The translations under genes and the position numbers were made by a program. Source: Verrucomicrobiota bacterium (lineage in GTDB: Bacteria; Verrucomicrobiota; Verrucomicrobiia; Limisphaerales; JADLHS01). Taken from it: 64,000 bases of DNA. The notes beneath the pieces are model-generated. The model made no database searches. It was given only the letters and a program-made list of their open reading frames with translations, and was not told the DNA's origin. This document shows, piece by piece, positions 50,088 through 59,840 of this stretch (positions within the stretch are counted from its first letter, which is position 1; every line of letters starts with the position of its first letter). The DNA lies in contig JBAOIL010000030.1 in the NCBI GenBank assembly GCA_037044975.1, positions 204,802 through 268,801 on the forward strand. The letters run 5' to 3'.

Positions 50088-51401
50088 TCAACGCTTCGTC
50101 ACTCGTAGCCGCGCCACGCGGGAGCCGTCGGTTTCTTCCACTCGCAGTTCGCATACGCCGATTTTCACTACGTCACCCGTTTTGGGAAATCCCCCCAGCT
50201 TGTGTGTCACCCAACCACTCGTTGTGGTAATGCCCTCCGCCGGCAATGGCAGCCCGACCAATTCCTCCAATTCGTGCAGCGGAAGCGCCCCCGCCACCTC
50301 CCAGGTTGTCTCACTCGACCGGGTGAGCAGCGGTTGCTCCTGATCAAACTCGTCCTGAATCTGCCCCACGAGTTCTTCGATGATGTTCTCCAATGTCACC
50401 AGTCCCACCGTACCGCCATATTCATCCACCACGATGGCCAGATGCAGTTTCCGTTCGAGGAACAACTGCAACAACTTTTCGAGACGGGCGGTTTCCGGCA
50501 CATAAATCAATTTTTGCGCCACTGGTAGCAAGTCCGCCCCGGTGCGCACCGTGTGCCGCAGCGCGAACAGTTCCTTGATGTGCAACACACCAAGGGTTCG
50601 GTCGAGGTTGCCGCCCTCCGCGATTGGGAAGCGAGAATAACGGGTTTTCTCCGCCAATTCCAGGCACTCGACGACAGTGGCACCCGTATCGAGCATGGTG
50701 ATTTCCTGGCGCGGTCGCATCACGTCGCGCGCCACACGATGCCGCAGTTCGAGCGCGTTTTGCACGAGGTCTCGGCTGAAGCTGGAGGCACCAAAATGCT
50801 TCTGCGCCGTCGCCACCAGCACGCTAAGTTCCTCCTCAGATGATGCGCTTTCGTGTTCGCTCGCCGGTTGCAGGCCCAGCACTCGCAACAATCCCAGCGA
50901 ACTTTCGTTCAGCAGCCAAATGAACGGAAAAGCAATGAAGTAAAAAATCCGCATGGGATAAGCCACCCAGAGCGCGGTGGACAGGGGTTGCCGGATGCCG
51001 AACGATTTTGGCGCCTGCTCGCCCGCCACGATGTGCAAGAAGGTAATCACCGTAAACCCCACGGCGAAGGCAATGGACTTTCGCAGGGTCGGACTCTCCA
51101 CGGCAAACGCGACAAACACCGGCTGGAGCAACTCTTCAAAAATGGGTTCGCCGATCCACCCCAGTCCCAGGCTCGCCAGCGTGATCCCCAGTTGCGCCGC
51201 GCTGAGATACGCGTCGAGGTGGGTGACGATATGCCGCGCCATCCGCGCCCGCCGCTGTCCATGAGCCACCAGCGGCTCCAATTGCGTAAGTCGCACCTTC
51301 ACGAGCGCAAATTCCGTCGCCACGAAGAATCCGTTCAACGCCACGAGCACCAGCACGGCGAGGATTTTCAAGGCCAGCAGCGAAAGATGGTGCGAGTCCA
51401 T
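50088..51401 (-). CDS. CNNM/CorB-type hemolysin family protein (DUF21-CBS pair-CorC_HlyC)
   Basis: N-terminal DUF21 (ATEFALVKVR...GEQAPKS), a CBS pair, and a C-terminal transporter-associated domain (TTWEVAGALPLHELEELVG...CELRVEE). Confidence 0.85.
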   Translation of the reverse strand: MDSHHLSLLALKILAVLVLVALNGFFVATEFALVKVRLTQLEPLVAHGQRRARMARHIVTHLDAYLSAAQLGITLASLGLGWIGEPIFEELLQPVFVAFAVESPTLRKSIAFAVGFTVITFLHIVAGEQAPKSFGIRQPLSTALWVAYPMRIFYFIAFPFIWLLNESSLGLLRVLGLQPASEHESASSEEELSVLVATAQKHFGASSFSRDLVQNALELRHRVARDVMRPRQEITMLDTGATVVECLELAEKTRYSRFPIAEGGNLDRTLGVLHIKELFALRHTVRTGADLLPVAQKLIYVPETARLEKLLQLFLERKLHLAIVVDEYGGTVGLVTLENIIEELVGQIQDEFDQEQPLLTRSSETTWEVAGALPLHELEELVGLPLPAEGITTTSGWVTHKLGGFPKTGDVVKIGVCELRVEETDGSRVARLRVTKR

Positions 51402-52390
51402 TACAGCTTCACCTCCCCGAACATCGTCTTCAGCATGTCCGCCAGGCTGACGATCCCGACTTCCCGGCCATCACGCCCCAGCACAACCGCCAGCCGCTGA
51501 CCGCCGCGCTGCAACCGATCCAGCGCCATATCCAGCCGCAAATCCTCATCCATGAACAAAGCCGGCACAATCACCTCCGACACCTTGCGCATCCGATCTA
51601 ACTGCTCATCAAATATCAGGCCCTCGGCGCTGACCATGCCCGCAATGCGCCGGACGCCGCTGCGCTCCTGCCAGACCGGCAGCCGCGTCAGCCCGCTCTC
51701 GCGAAACAGCATCAGCGCGTCCGCCACCGTCGCTTCGATGGAAATGGTCGTCGCCTCGGCGAGCGGTTTTGCAATCTGGCGCACCTTGACATTTTCCAAA
51801 TCGAGCACCCGGTTGATCATCGCGCGTTCCTCACTGGTAAAGACCTGCTCGGAATCCTGGGTCACGAGCCGCAACTCCTCGCGATTTCCAAAGAGATGGC
51901 CGGCATGCATCTTCCCCCCTGACCATCGTAGCAGCATCCGCGACCCCCATTCCACCACCGCCACGAGAGGTCGCAGGCCGATATGCAGAACCCGGAAAGG
52001 CCGCGCCAGCGCCAGGCACAAGCGGTTCGGGAAGGTGCGGAATAACATCTTGGGTAGCAGATCGAAGAAGGTGTAGAACACGAGGCCCACCACGAAAAAC
52101 CATAGCGCAAACCATCCGGAACGCAGCGAGACCTGGCCGTATAACGTCGAAAAAAACCACCCCAACACCACGAAGTTCACCAAGGTATTGCCAACCACAA
52201 TCGTCCAGAGAAAGTTTTCCGGGTTCTCCAGGAATTGATGCAACACCTTCGCCGAAGGCCGGCCCGCCCGCATCTGCTGGCGGATCCGCAACCGGCTCAA
52301 GGCCAGCACGCCCGCCTCCATGCCGCTCAGCCAGAACGACAGGACGAGACAGCCAACGAGCCCAAGCGCGATGAAAAGGTTGGTTTCCAT
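51401..52390 (-). CDS. CNNM-type DUF21-CBS protein lacking the CorC_HlyC domain
   Basis: DUF21 TM region (GMEAGVLALSRLR) plus a CBS pair. It ends right after CBS2, and its stop overlaps the next ATG (TAATG). Confidence 0.8.
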   Translation of the reverse strand: METNLFIALGLVGCLVLSFWLSGMEAGVLALSRLRIRQQMRAGRPSAKVLHQFLENPENFLWTIVVGNTLVNFVVLGWFFSTLYGQVSLRSGWFALWFFVVGLVFYTFFDLLPKMLFRTFPNRLCLALARPFRVLHIGLRPLVAVVEWGSRMLLRWSGGKMHAGHLFGNREELRLVTQDSEQVFTSEERAMINRVLDLENVKVRQIAKPLAEATTISIEATVADALMLFRESGLTRLPVWQERSGVRRIAGMVSAEGLIFDEQLDRMRKVSEVIVPALFMDEDLRLDMALDRLQRGGQRLAVVLGRDGREVGIVSLADMLKTMFGEVKL

Positions 52391-52504
52391 GATCAGACAA
52401 AACCCACAACGAAGGACCTAATCCACCCACCCGCAAAGCAGCGGCCCACAAATGACTCCTTCGTGGTTCGACCTTCGTGATTGGATGTTGGATGTTTTGC
52501 CATG

Positions 52505-53746
52505 TTATTTCACTCGTTCCACCAGAACTTCTCGCACCCGCCGTTCATCCACCACGCTCGCCGTGAGTTTCAGCCCCCGAAATGCCGCGGTCTCGCCCGT
52601 TCCGGGCACCACGTCCAGCAGCTTCAACAGCAACCCGCCCATGGTCTCGACGCCCGCCACTTCGCCCAATTCGCGATACTCCCGCCGAAAATCGTCCAGC
52701 CGCATCGTTCCGTTGACCCGCCACCGACCCGTGCGCAACTTTTCCATGACAAATCCCTCGCTCTCAACCGCGCGACGAAACTTCCCGACCAGTTCGATGA
52801 GAATGTCCTCCATCGTCACCAAGCCGGAAACGCCGCCAAATTCATCCAGCACAATCGCCATCCCCCGCCGCTGTCGCTGCAAGCTTTTGAAAAGTTGCAG
52901 CAGATTCATCGTCTCCGGCACGAACGACGGAAACTCGATGGCGTCCGCGAGGTCCACATTCGGATCCAGCAGCAATGCCCGCGTGTTCAGAATGCCCACA
53001 ATCGTATCCGGCGTCTCGTCAAACATCGGGAGCCGCCGATGCCGGGAATGACGCGCGGCCGTGATCATTTGATCGAGCGCCAGATCATCCGGGATCGCCG
53101 CCATCTGCGCACGCGGCCGCATCACGTCATGTACCGTGCGCCGATCCAGATTGACGATCTGCAGAATGATGTCGCGCGCGGATCGGGCGAGGTTGCCCTG
53201 CTGAAACGCGAACTCCACCAACTCCTGATAATCGGCGTCCGTCAACATCTGTTGCGGTTTCACCGATTCCGGAATCGCCGCCCGCAGCAAGGCGTGATTG
53301 AGCCGCTGCGCGAGCTGGTGCAACGGTCGCGCCACCCAATGCAGCCACGCCAGCGGCCGCGCCACGCGCAACGACCAGACTTCCGGCCGGCGCACCGCGA
53401 GCGTTTTTGGCAGCACCTCGCCGAAGAAGAGCGTGAGCAGAAAAACCGCGGCCACCGTCGCGACTGTCCCTGCCAGCGGCCCGCGGTCGCCGAGCGCCAG
53501 CCAAAGTCCCACCGCCAACATGCCGGCGTTGGCAAAGGTGTTGCCCAGCACCATCGTCGCCAGCAGGTCTTGCGGCTCGGCCAGCAAGCGTGTCGCAACG
53601 CCGCCCGCACGACCAGCCCGCTGGGTGAGTTCACGCACCTGCCATTTGCTGAGCGAAAACAGCGCCGTCTCCGCCAGCGCAAAGAAGAAACTTGCACCGG
53701 CGCAAACCAAGACCACCACGATCGCAAGAATTGGTGCGGCTTCCAC
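52505..53746 (-). CDS. CNNM/CorB-type hemolysin family protein (DUF21-CBS pair-CorC_HlyC)
   Basis: DUF21 (AETALFSLSKWQVRE...GEVLPKT), a CBS pair, and a CorC-like C-terminus (GRWRVNGTMRLDDFRREY). Confidence 0.85.
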   Translation of the reverse strand: MEAAPILAIVVVLVCAGASFFFALAETALFSLSKWQVRELTQRAGRAGGVATRLLAEPQDLLATMVLGNTFANAGMLAVGLWLALGDRGPLAGTVATVAAVFLLTLFFGEVLPKTLAVRRPEVWSLRVARPLAWLHWVARPLHQLAQRLNHALLRAAIPESVKPQQMLTDADYQELVEFAFQQGNLARSARDIILQIVNLDRRTVHDVMRPRAQMAAIPDDLALDQMITAARHSRHRRLPMFDETPDTIVGILNTRALLLDPNVDLADAIEFPSFVPETMNLLQLFKSLQRQRRGMAIVLDEFGGVSGLVTMEDILIELVGKFRRAVESEGFVMEKLRTGRWRVNGTMRLDDFRREYRELGEVAGVETMGGLLLKLLDVVPGTGETAAFRGLKLTASVVDERRVREVLVERVK

Positions 53747-54259
53747 GCGGACAGCATGGTGAGGAACCCCGTCCGGCTAAAGCCGAAATTCGTTCCGGGC
53801 TTGGGATTTGACACCTACCGACAACCCTCTTCGTCTTGATTCTTGCTACGCATCCTCCGATCAATGCCGGGATGACTTGCCTGAAATCAACGCGGTTTGT
53901 ATTTCCCGCATCCTTGGCCCCTTAAAGCGATGACAACATCACAAGCGAAATGCCGACGGCATTTGGCTCAGCTCGATATTTGTGGACCTGTAATTTCTCC
54001 ACGCTGAACGCCGGGAGCGACAATCAACTCCAGACCAACTGGATTTGGGCTAACGAAAAATTGAAGCCAAGTGTCGCGATCAGGGGACTCTGAGCCGTTT
54101 CGGCAACGGAGGAAACGAGGCGTCAACTCGCTGCCGCTGGGCCGGTTCACGATGCGGTTATCCGAGGGACGACTGGAACTGGTTTGAGTTAATTCCACGT
54201 CAAATCATTCGTTCTGTCGGCTCGCCTTCCCACCAACCGACCTTCTATGATCGCTGGGG

Positions 54260-56080
54260 ATGGCGCGCTATTCACGGAATGACCAAGCGGGAGTCGAACT
54301 CCCGAAGGCGAAGCTGGATCGGGAAACGCTCCGGCAGGCATTGGAGCTGTTCCGGTATCTGCGTCCGTACCGGGGCCGTTTTGGGACTGCCTTGGCGGCC
54401 TTGTTTGGCTCCAGCCTGCTGAGTCTGGCGTTCCCGTATCTGGCCGGGAGCATCGTGGACGCGGCTGTGCTCCACACGAAAGGCACTGGCAACATGGCGG
54501 GCGTGGATCGAACGGCGCTCGTGCTGATGGGCATCCTGGCCTTGCAAGCGAGCCTCTCCTACTTCCATTTCCTTTCGTTTGCCACCGTGGGGCAACGCAG
54601 TCTGATTGATTTGCGGCGCGATACCTACGCGCGATTGATCTCGCTGCCCATGACGTTTTTCGCTCAACGCCGCGTGGGCGAACTGGCCAGCCGCCTTTCC
54701 GCCGACCTGATCCAGATCGAGGACACCTTGATCACCATTCTGCCGCAGTTCCTCCGGCAAAGCACGTTGCTCGTGGGCGGGATCGCCATGATAGCCGCCA
54801 CTTCGCTGAAATTGACCGGCATCATGCTCGTAAGTCTTCCCGTGTTGACGGTCGTCGCCGTGGTGTTTGGCCGGAAGACCCGCAAGATTTCCCGGGAAGC
54901 GCAGGATCGCCTCGCCGACACGGCCACCATCGTCGAGGAAACCTTGCAAGGCATCGTGAACGTAAAAGCGTTCGCGAACGAAGGCTATGAACTCAATCGC
55001 TACCACGCGGGGCTGGGGCGGTTCCTCACCGCCACCTTGCGTGGCGCCCGGTTGCGCGCGGCGTTTATCGCCTTCATTATTTTCGCCCTCTTCGGCTCCA
55101 TCGTCCTGGTGCTCTGGTCGGGGGCAAGGTTGCTGCAACAGGGCGAGATCACATTCGGCGATCTCACCCGCTTCATTCTCTACACGACCTTTGTGGCCGG
55201 AGCGATGGGCCAGTTTGCGGAGTTATACAGTCAACTTCAGAAAGCCATTGGCGCCACCCAACGCGTTCGGGAACTCCTGCGGGAATCCGGTGAAGTCGAA
55301 GCCCTCCTGGGCCCGCCCCCGCCCGCTGCCTTGCCCCGGCTGCGCGGTGACGTGGGGTTTGAGCAGGTTTACTTCACCTACCCATCACGACCTGGGGTTG
55401 AAGTGCTGCATGCGATCAACCTCACCGCAACCTCCGGACAACGAATTGCGCTGGTCGGCCCGAGCGGCGCGGGCAAATCCACCCTCATTTCCCTATTGCT
55501 TCGGCTGTATGACCCGTCGGCTGGACGCCTGCTGATTGACGGCCAGGACGCCCGTGACTACCGGCTCGCCGATCTCCGCGGTCAAATGTCCATGGTGCCA
55601 CAAGAGGTGTTGCTGTTCGGCGGGAGCATCGCGGAGAACATCGCCTATGGAAAACCGGACGCGAATGCGGACGAAATTCAAGAGGCGGCCCGTCAGGCCA
55701 ATGCGCATGAGTTTATCCAGACCTTTCCCGAGGGTTACGCCACGCTGGTGGGCGATCGCGGCATCAAACTCTCCGGCGGCCAGCGCCAACGCATCGCCAT
55801 CGCCCGGGCGATTCTCAAGAATCCCGCCATCCTCATTCTGGATGAAGCCACCAGTTCCCTGGATTCCGAAAGCGAGCGCCTGATTCAGGAAGCTCTGGAG
55901 ACGCTGATGCGCGGGCGAACGTCGTTCATCATCGCACACCGCCTCGCCACCGTGCGGCATGTCGATCGGATCATCGTCATCGCTGGCGGACGGGTTGTGG
56001 AATCCGGCACTCACGATGAACTGCAAACCATTGACAACGGAGTTTACCGCCGCCTCGCCAGCCTGCAATTCCGCGAGTGA
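54260..56080 (+). CDS. ABC transporter ATP-binding/permease fusion (MsbA-like exporter)
   Basis: Six-TM ABC exporter domain, then Walker A GPSGAGKST, signature LSGGQRQRIAIARA, Walker B ILILDEATSSLD. Confidence 0.9.
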   Translation: MARYSRNDQAGVELPKAKLDRETLRQALELFRYLRPYRGRFGTALAALFGSSLLSLAFPYLAGSIVDAAVLHTKGTGNMAGVDRTALVLMGILALQASLSYFHFLSFATVGQRSLIDLRRDTYARLISLPMTFFAQRRVGELASRLSADLIQIEDTLITILPQFLRQSTLLVGGIAMIAATSLKLTGIMLVSLPVLTVVAVVFGRKTRKISREAQDRLADTATIVEETLQGIVNVKAFANEGYELNRYHAGLGRFLTATLRGARLRAAFIAFIIFALFGSIVLVLWSGARLLQQGEITFGDLTRFILYTTFVAGAMGQFAELYSQLQKAIGATQRVRELLRESGEVEALLGPPPPAALPRLRGDVGFEQVYFTYPSRPGVEVLHAINLTATSGQRIALVGPSGAGKSTLISLLLRLYDPSAGRLLIDGQDARDYRLADLRGQMSMVPQEVLLFGGSIAENIAYGKPDANADEIQEAARQANAHEFIQTFPEGYATLVGDRGIKLSGGQRQRIAIARAILKNPAILILDEATSSLDSESERLIQEALETLMRGRTSFIIAHRLATVRHVDRIIVIAGGRVVESGTHDELQTIDNGVYRRLASLQFRE

Positions 56081-56110
56081 CATGGAAATAACGGGCGGTG
56101 GATCGCGGTT

Positions 56111-56133
56111 GGGCCATTTTCAAAGGATGGCCC
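56111..56133. terminator. 7-bp stem hairpin between the convergent ABC exporter and ftsZ
   Basis: GGGCCAT-tttcaaagg-ATGGCCC, 30 nt after the exporter stop. No strong U-tract. Confidence 0.35.
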
Positions 56134-56248
56134 GTGTTGTCGGGGCAAGCACCGAACGGGTACGCTGCAGGTTGCAGGAATTCCTCGCCCGCGAAGCGAG
56201 TCCTGCGCCGCCCCATCTCAGCTGGTCGGCCCCAAACCGCGCGCAGGG

Positions 56249-57562
56249 TCAATTCAGTGCCACACCCCGCCGGACGTAAGTTGGCAGGTCGAGGTCTTCA
56301 CCCTTGTGGATTGTCGGTTCACTCTTATCGAAGCGGCCCTTGTTCACGATATCGAGGGGCAGCGTGATTTGTTTCATGCGGGGGCCAGGCTTGCGGGCGC
56401 GTCCGGACTTCCCCGTTTGCTGGGCGAGAATTTGCTCACGCTGCTCCAAGCTCAGCGCCGGCGCCGGAGGCAGATGACGTGAACTCGGGCGTTCCGGTTT
56501 GGTGGGATGCAGCAATTCGGTGTCAAAACCCGGCATGGTGGTAGGCAACCCGGCCTTTTCAGGCTTGCTAGGCTCCCGTTTTGCGGAGACCGCCGGGCGA
56601 CCCGTGGCGATAATCGTAACCGCCAGCCGGTCGCGAAACGATTCATCCACCGCCGCGCCCATGATGATGCGCGACTTCGGACAATGCTCGTTGAGTTCGG
56701 ACATCACCCGGTTCACGTCAGCCATCGCGAGGTCCGGCCCGCCCAGGAGACTGACGAGCACAGTTTCCGCTCCGGCTAACGCCCTTGCCCCCCATCGAGC
56801 AATGGATGGGCGGACAGCTTTTCAATCGCCGCGGTCGCGCGGCCAAGTCCGGCGGATTCCACGGTGGCGAAACAGCTTTCGCCGTGCCCCGCGCGCAGCA
56901 CCGCACACAGTTCTGCGAAATGAATCTCAATCAAACCCCGATGCATGATCAGACGCCACACGCCGCGCAGGCCTTCGATCAAGAGGTGGGCGGAGGCGCG
57001 GAACGTGTCGGCAAAACCGGCGTTTTCATCGAGCAACTTGGCCGCCTTTTGGTGCGGCAAACAGATAACACCGTCCGCGATGGCCGTGAGTTCGTCGAGG
57101 CCCTGCCGGGCAAGCCGTTGCCGCTGATTGCCCTCACAAACGAACGGCAGCGTGACGAAAGCCAGCACCAGCGCGCCGCTTTCGCGGGCGGCGCGCGCCA
57201 GCACTGGGCACACGCCGGTGCCCGTGCCACCCCCGAGTCCCGCCAACAGAAACACCACTTCCACGCCGGCACAGGTTGTTTTCAAGCGTTGGAAATGTTC
57301 CTCGGCCAGTTCACGCCCGCGCTCCGGATCGCCGCCCGTCCCCAATCCGCGCAGCAGTTTGCCTTCGAGATGAATCGTCTCGCTGCCGGTTGCCACAACG
57401 GAATGGTCCGTGTTAAGGGCCACGAGTTTTGCGCCCGTGAAATCTTCGCGAGGCCAGCTGCCCGGCCATCGTAATCCCCGCCGTGCCGACGCCAAAAATG
57501 GTGACGGCTCGTTTCCGGGCTTCCACAGGCGGCACGGGTTGGGAAGTGTTTTCAGGGTCCAT
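56249..57562 (-). pseudogene. ftsZ: Cell division protein FtsZ, two frame changes (near 57451 and at the C6 run 56788-56793)
   Basis: ATG at 57562: MDPENTSQPVPPVEARKRAVTIFGVGTAGITMAGQLA. The middle frame (ORF 56776..57807) reads REDFTGAKLVALNTD...GLGTGGDPERG...LAGLGGGTGTG (tubulin signature)...PLLDGGQ. The original frame resumes with ALAGAETVLVSLLGGPDL... (ORF 56249..56761), ending DLDLPTYVRRGVALN (a C-terminal peptide-like tail). Confidence 0.85.
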
Positions 57563-57574
57563 AGCAGTTGTTGG

Positions 57575-58795
57575 TTAGCGGGGCAGAAGTTTGCTGAAGA
57601 CGCTTTTGAGGTTTTGTCCAAGCGTGGGTCGGACCTCGCGCTTGCGAAACTTGAACGAGCCAAACCGGACCAGCCCGATGGCTGTGGCGAACTCAGGCTG
57701 ATCCAAGGTGGACTTGAGGCCGCTGACGGAACTGGTCTTCCCGATCGTGACGGGCAGTTCAAGCACCTGTTCGGCAAGCCGGGCGATCTCCGGAATGCGG
57801 GCGCCACCGCCGCAGAGGAACACGCCGGCGCGCAAATATTCCAGCAACCCCGCCGGCGCCAAATCCTGCGCGATCAGCTGAAACCCTTCCTCCAGTCGCA
57901 TCGCCATAATGCGGCGAAGATGCTCGAGGTTGACGGTGTTGAGCGGGAGGCCAAGTTCGCTCGTGATGTTCATGGTCTGGCCTTTGACCGCGTCGTCCAC
58001 CAATGCCGAACCATTTTCGATCTTGAGTTGTTCCGCGCGACCCTGTGGCACCTTCAGACCAAAGGCGAGATCGTTGGTCACATGATCGCCGCCGACTGCC
58101 AGCACCCCCGTGTGCTTGATGACGCCGCCGCAGTAAACGACGTAATCGGTCGTCCCGCCGCCGATGTCAATCACCAGCGCGCCAAGTTCCTTCTGTTCAT
58201 TCGACAGCACCGCCAGGGAAGAAGCCAGGCCGTTAAAGACCACCTCGTTCACTTCGAGCTGCATGCCCTTGACGACGCGAATGGCATTCTGCAAACGGTT
58301 CAAATGGCCGTGAACCACATGCACATCCACTTCCAACCGCGCCCCGAGCATGCCCACGGGATCAGTCACGCCGTCGTGGCCGTCCACAAGAAAATGCTGG
58401 CGGATGGCATGCAACACCGTGTTGTCCTGCGGCAGATTGATCGCCTTGGCGTTCTTCACGACGTCCAAAACGTCCTCGTCGGAAATCTCGCGATCGGCGG
58501 AAACCACTGGATGAACTCCGCGATTGTTGAAACCGCGAATATGGCCGCCCGTCACCCCAAGATAGACGCTGCGAATCTCCACGTCGGCCATCTGCTCCGC
58601 CTCCACGATCGCGTGGCGCACGTCTTCCTCGACCGCGCGGGCATCAATGATTTCGCCCTTGCGCACGCCCCGCGTCCGGGCCTGGCCGACGCCAATGATG
58701 TTCAGCGCGCCGTCGTCGTTCATTTCGCCGACAACCGCGCAAACCTTGGAGGTGCCAATCTCAAGCCCGACGATGATGGAGGATGAGTCAAACAT
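57575..58795 (-). CDS. ftsA: Cell division protein FtsA
   Basis: IIVGLEIGTSKVCAVVGE, LVIDIGGGTTD, VFLCGGGARIP. ATG at 58795; the longer track ORF to 58987 overlaps ftsQ. Confidence 0.9.
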   Translation of the reverse strand: MFDSSSIIVGLEIGTSKVCAVVGEMNDDGALNIIGVGQARTRGVRKGEIIDARAVEEDVRHAIVEAEQMADVEIRSVYLGVTGGHIRGFNNRGVHPVVSADREISDEDVLDVVKNAKAINLPQDNTVLHAIRQHFLVDGHDGVTDPVGMLGARLEVDVHVVHGHLNRLQNAIRVVKGMQLEVNEVVFNGLASSLAVLSNEQKELGALVIDIGGGTTDYVVYCGGVIKHTGVLAVGGDHVTNDLAFGLKVPQGRAEQLKIENGSALVDDAVKGQTMNITSELGLPLNTVNLEHLRRIMAMRLEEGFQLIAQDLAPAGLLEYLRAGVFLCGGGARIPEIARLAEQVLELPVTIGKTSSVSGLKSTLDQPEFATAIGLVRFGSFKFRKREVRPTLGQNLKSVFSKLLPR

Positions 58796-59768
58796 GGTTC
58801 TTCTTGCTCCGGAGCGGTTTGGGAGGTTTGGGTGGGACAGTTGGTAACGCGCTCGCTTCAAGCCAGCGCAATGGACTATTGCTCGGGACGGCGAGATCCA
58901 AGGACACGATTCTGCCCGGCTTCCGCTGGATCTGATCGTGAATCTCCCGCCAGCGGCGCAATTGCCGGTCCAGATCCTGAAGCGCAAAGGTCACTTCGCT
59001 CCCTTGCGCGGTGGTCACGACCAAAACGTCCGGCGCACTCACATCAATCCGCCGCAAGTCCACCAATCCCGCCATCGGCGAACAGGCGAATTCGGAGATC
59101 AAACGCAACCCCGCCACCACCGCCGCCGAATCCACTCGCCGTCCCGACTGGAGAACCGCGAGCTTCAGGCCCGTTAACTCAGGGAGCGAGTCATCTACCA
59201 GCCCGCCGGGCGTCGCGCGCTGACGCGGGTCCATCGGCGGCATCACGAATCCTTCCGGGTCCAGATGCAACACTTGCACGTCCGCGCCGCCGCCGGCCCG
59301 CGACCGCGGCACCAGGACCTGGGCCACGGCCTCGCGTTCGGTCACCCGCACGCGCAATGTTTTCGGCAGGATCCGTTCAACCGAGACGGTGGCGATGAAG
59401 GGAATGCGCTCCAGATTTCGCTTCACCCGCAAGAGATCCAGCGCCAGCAGGTTTTCGGCGGGCTTCACATTGGCCCACTGGCGCAATTGCGCCGCCGCGA
59501 TCACGCCGTCGGTTTCCACCTCGAACTCGCGAATGGCAAAGGCCGGGTTCTGGTAAACCATCTGATTCAGCGCCCAATCGCCGACCCGCCACAGCACATA
59601 AAGCCCGAATCCCGTACCCACCACCACGCCCACCGCCAACGCCCCCCACCGCATCCGGGTTTGGCGAACCTGGTCGGACCGCAACTTCACGTCCAACACA
59701 TGAACGCGACCTAACCGCCGGTTAACTGATTTTCGCTTGGGCCACATTGCCATCAATTCAAGATGCAA
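58788..59768 (-). CDS. ftsQ: Cell division protein FtsQ (POTRA domain)
   Basis: Basic N-terminus, a single TM helix (WGALAVGVVVGTGFGLYVLW), then a POTRA-like FAIREFEVETDG... region, positioned between ddl and ftsA. Alternative ATGs at 59753 and 59747. Confidence 0.75.
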   Translation of the reverse strand: MHLELMAMWPKRKSVNRRLGRVHVLDVKLRSDQVRQTRMRWGALAVGVVVGTGFGLYVLWRVGDWALNQMVYQNPAFAIREFEVETDGVIAAAQLRQWANVKPAENLLALDLLRVKRNLERIPFIATVSVERILPKTLRVRVTEREAVAQVLVPRSRAGGGADVQVLHLDPEGFVMPPMDPRQRATPGGLVDDSLPELTGLKLAVLQSGRRVDSAAVVAGLRLISEFACSPMAGLVDLRRIDVSAPDVLVVTTAQGSEVTFALQDLDRQLRRWREIHDQIQRKPGRIVSLDLAVPSNSPLRWLEASALPTVPPKPPKPLRSKKNHV

Positions 59769-59840
59769 AGTTGAGAATTGAAAATGCCGGAAGCCCGCCG
59801 ACCCGGCGGGCGCTCCGCCCTGGATTTGAATTTTGCATTT

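Noticed and set aside
52441-52504. tRNA-like GGTTCGA string and TGGATGT-TGGATGT direct repeat between two CNNM genes
   Set aside because: The GGTTCGACC string is not followed by a T-loop/acceptor arrangement, and no cloverleaf can be drawn. The spacer is too short for a tRNA with flanks. The 7-nt duplication is minimal and probably incidental.
53747-54200. Possible M-box, Mn (yybP-ykoY) or NiCo riboswitch upstream of the CNNM genes
   Set aside because: Read on the minus strand, only a weak UUCGUUAG resemblance to the M-box was seen. The conserved GGUGAGGCU, GCUGCCC and UAAAGCUCUACG-type cores are absent, and no yybP-ykoY or NiCo cores were recognised. It is kept only as an unexplained spacer.
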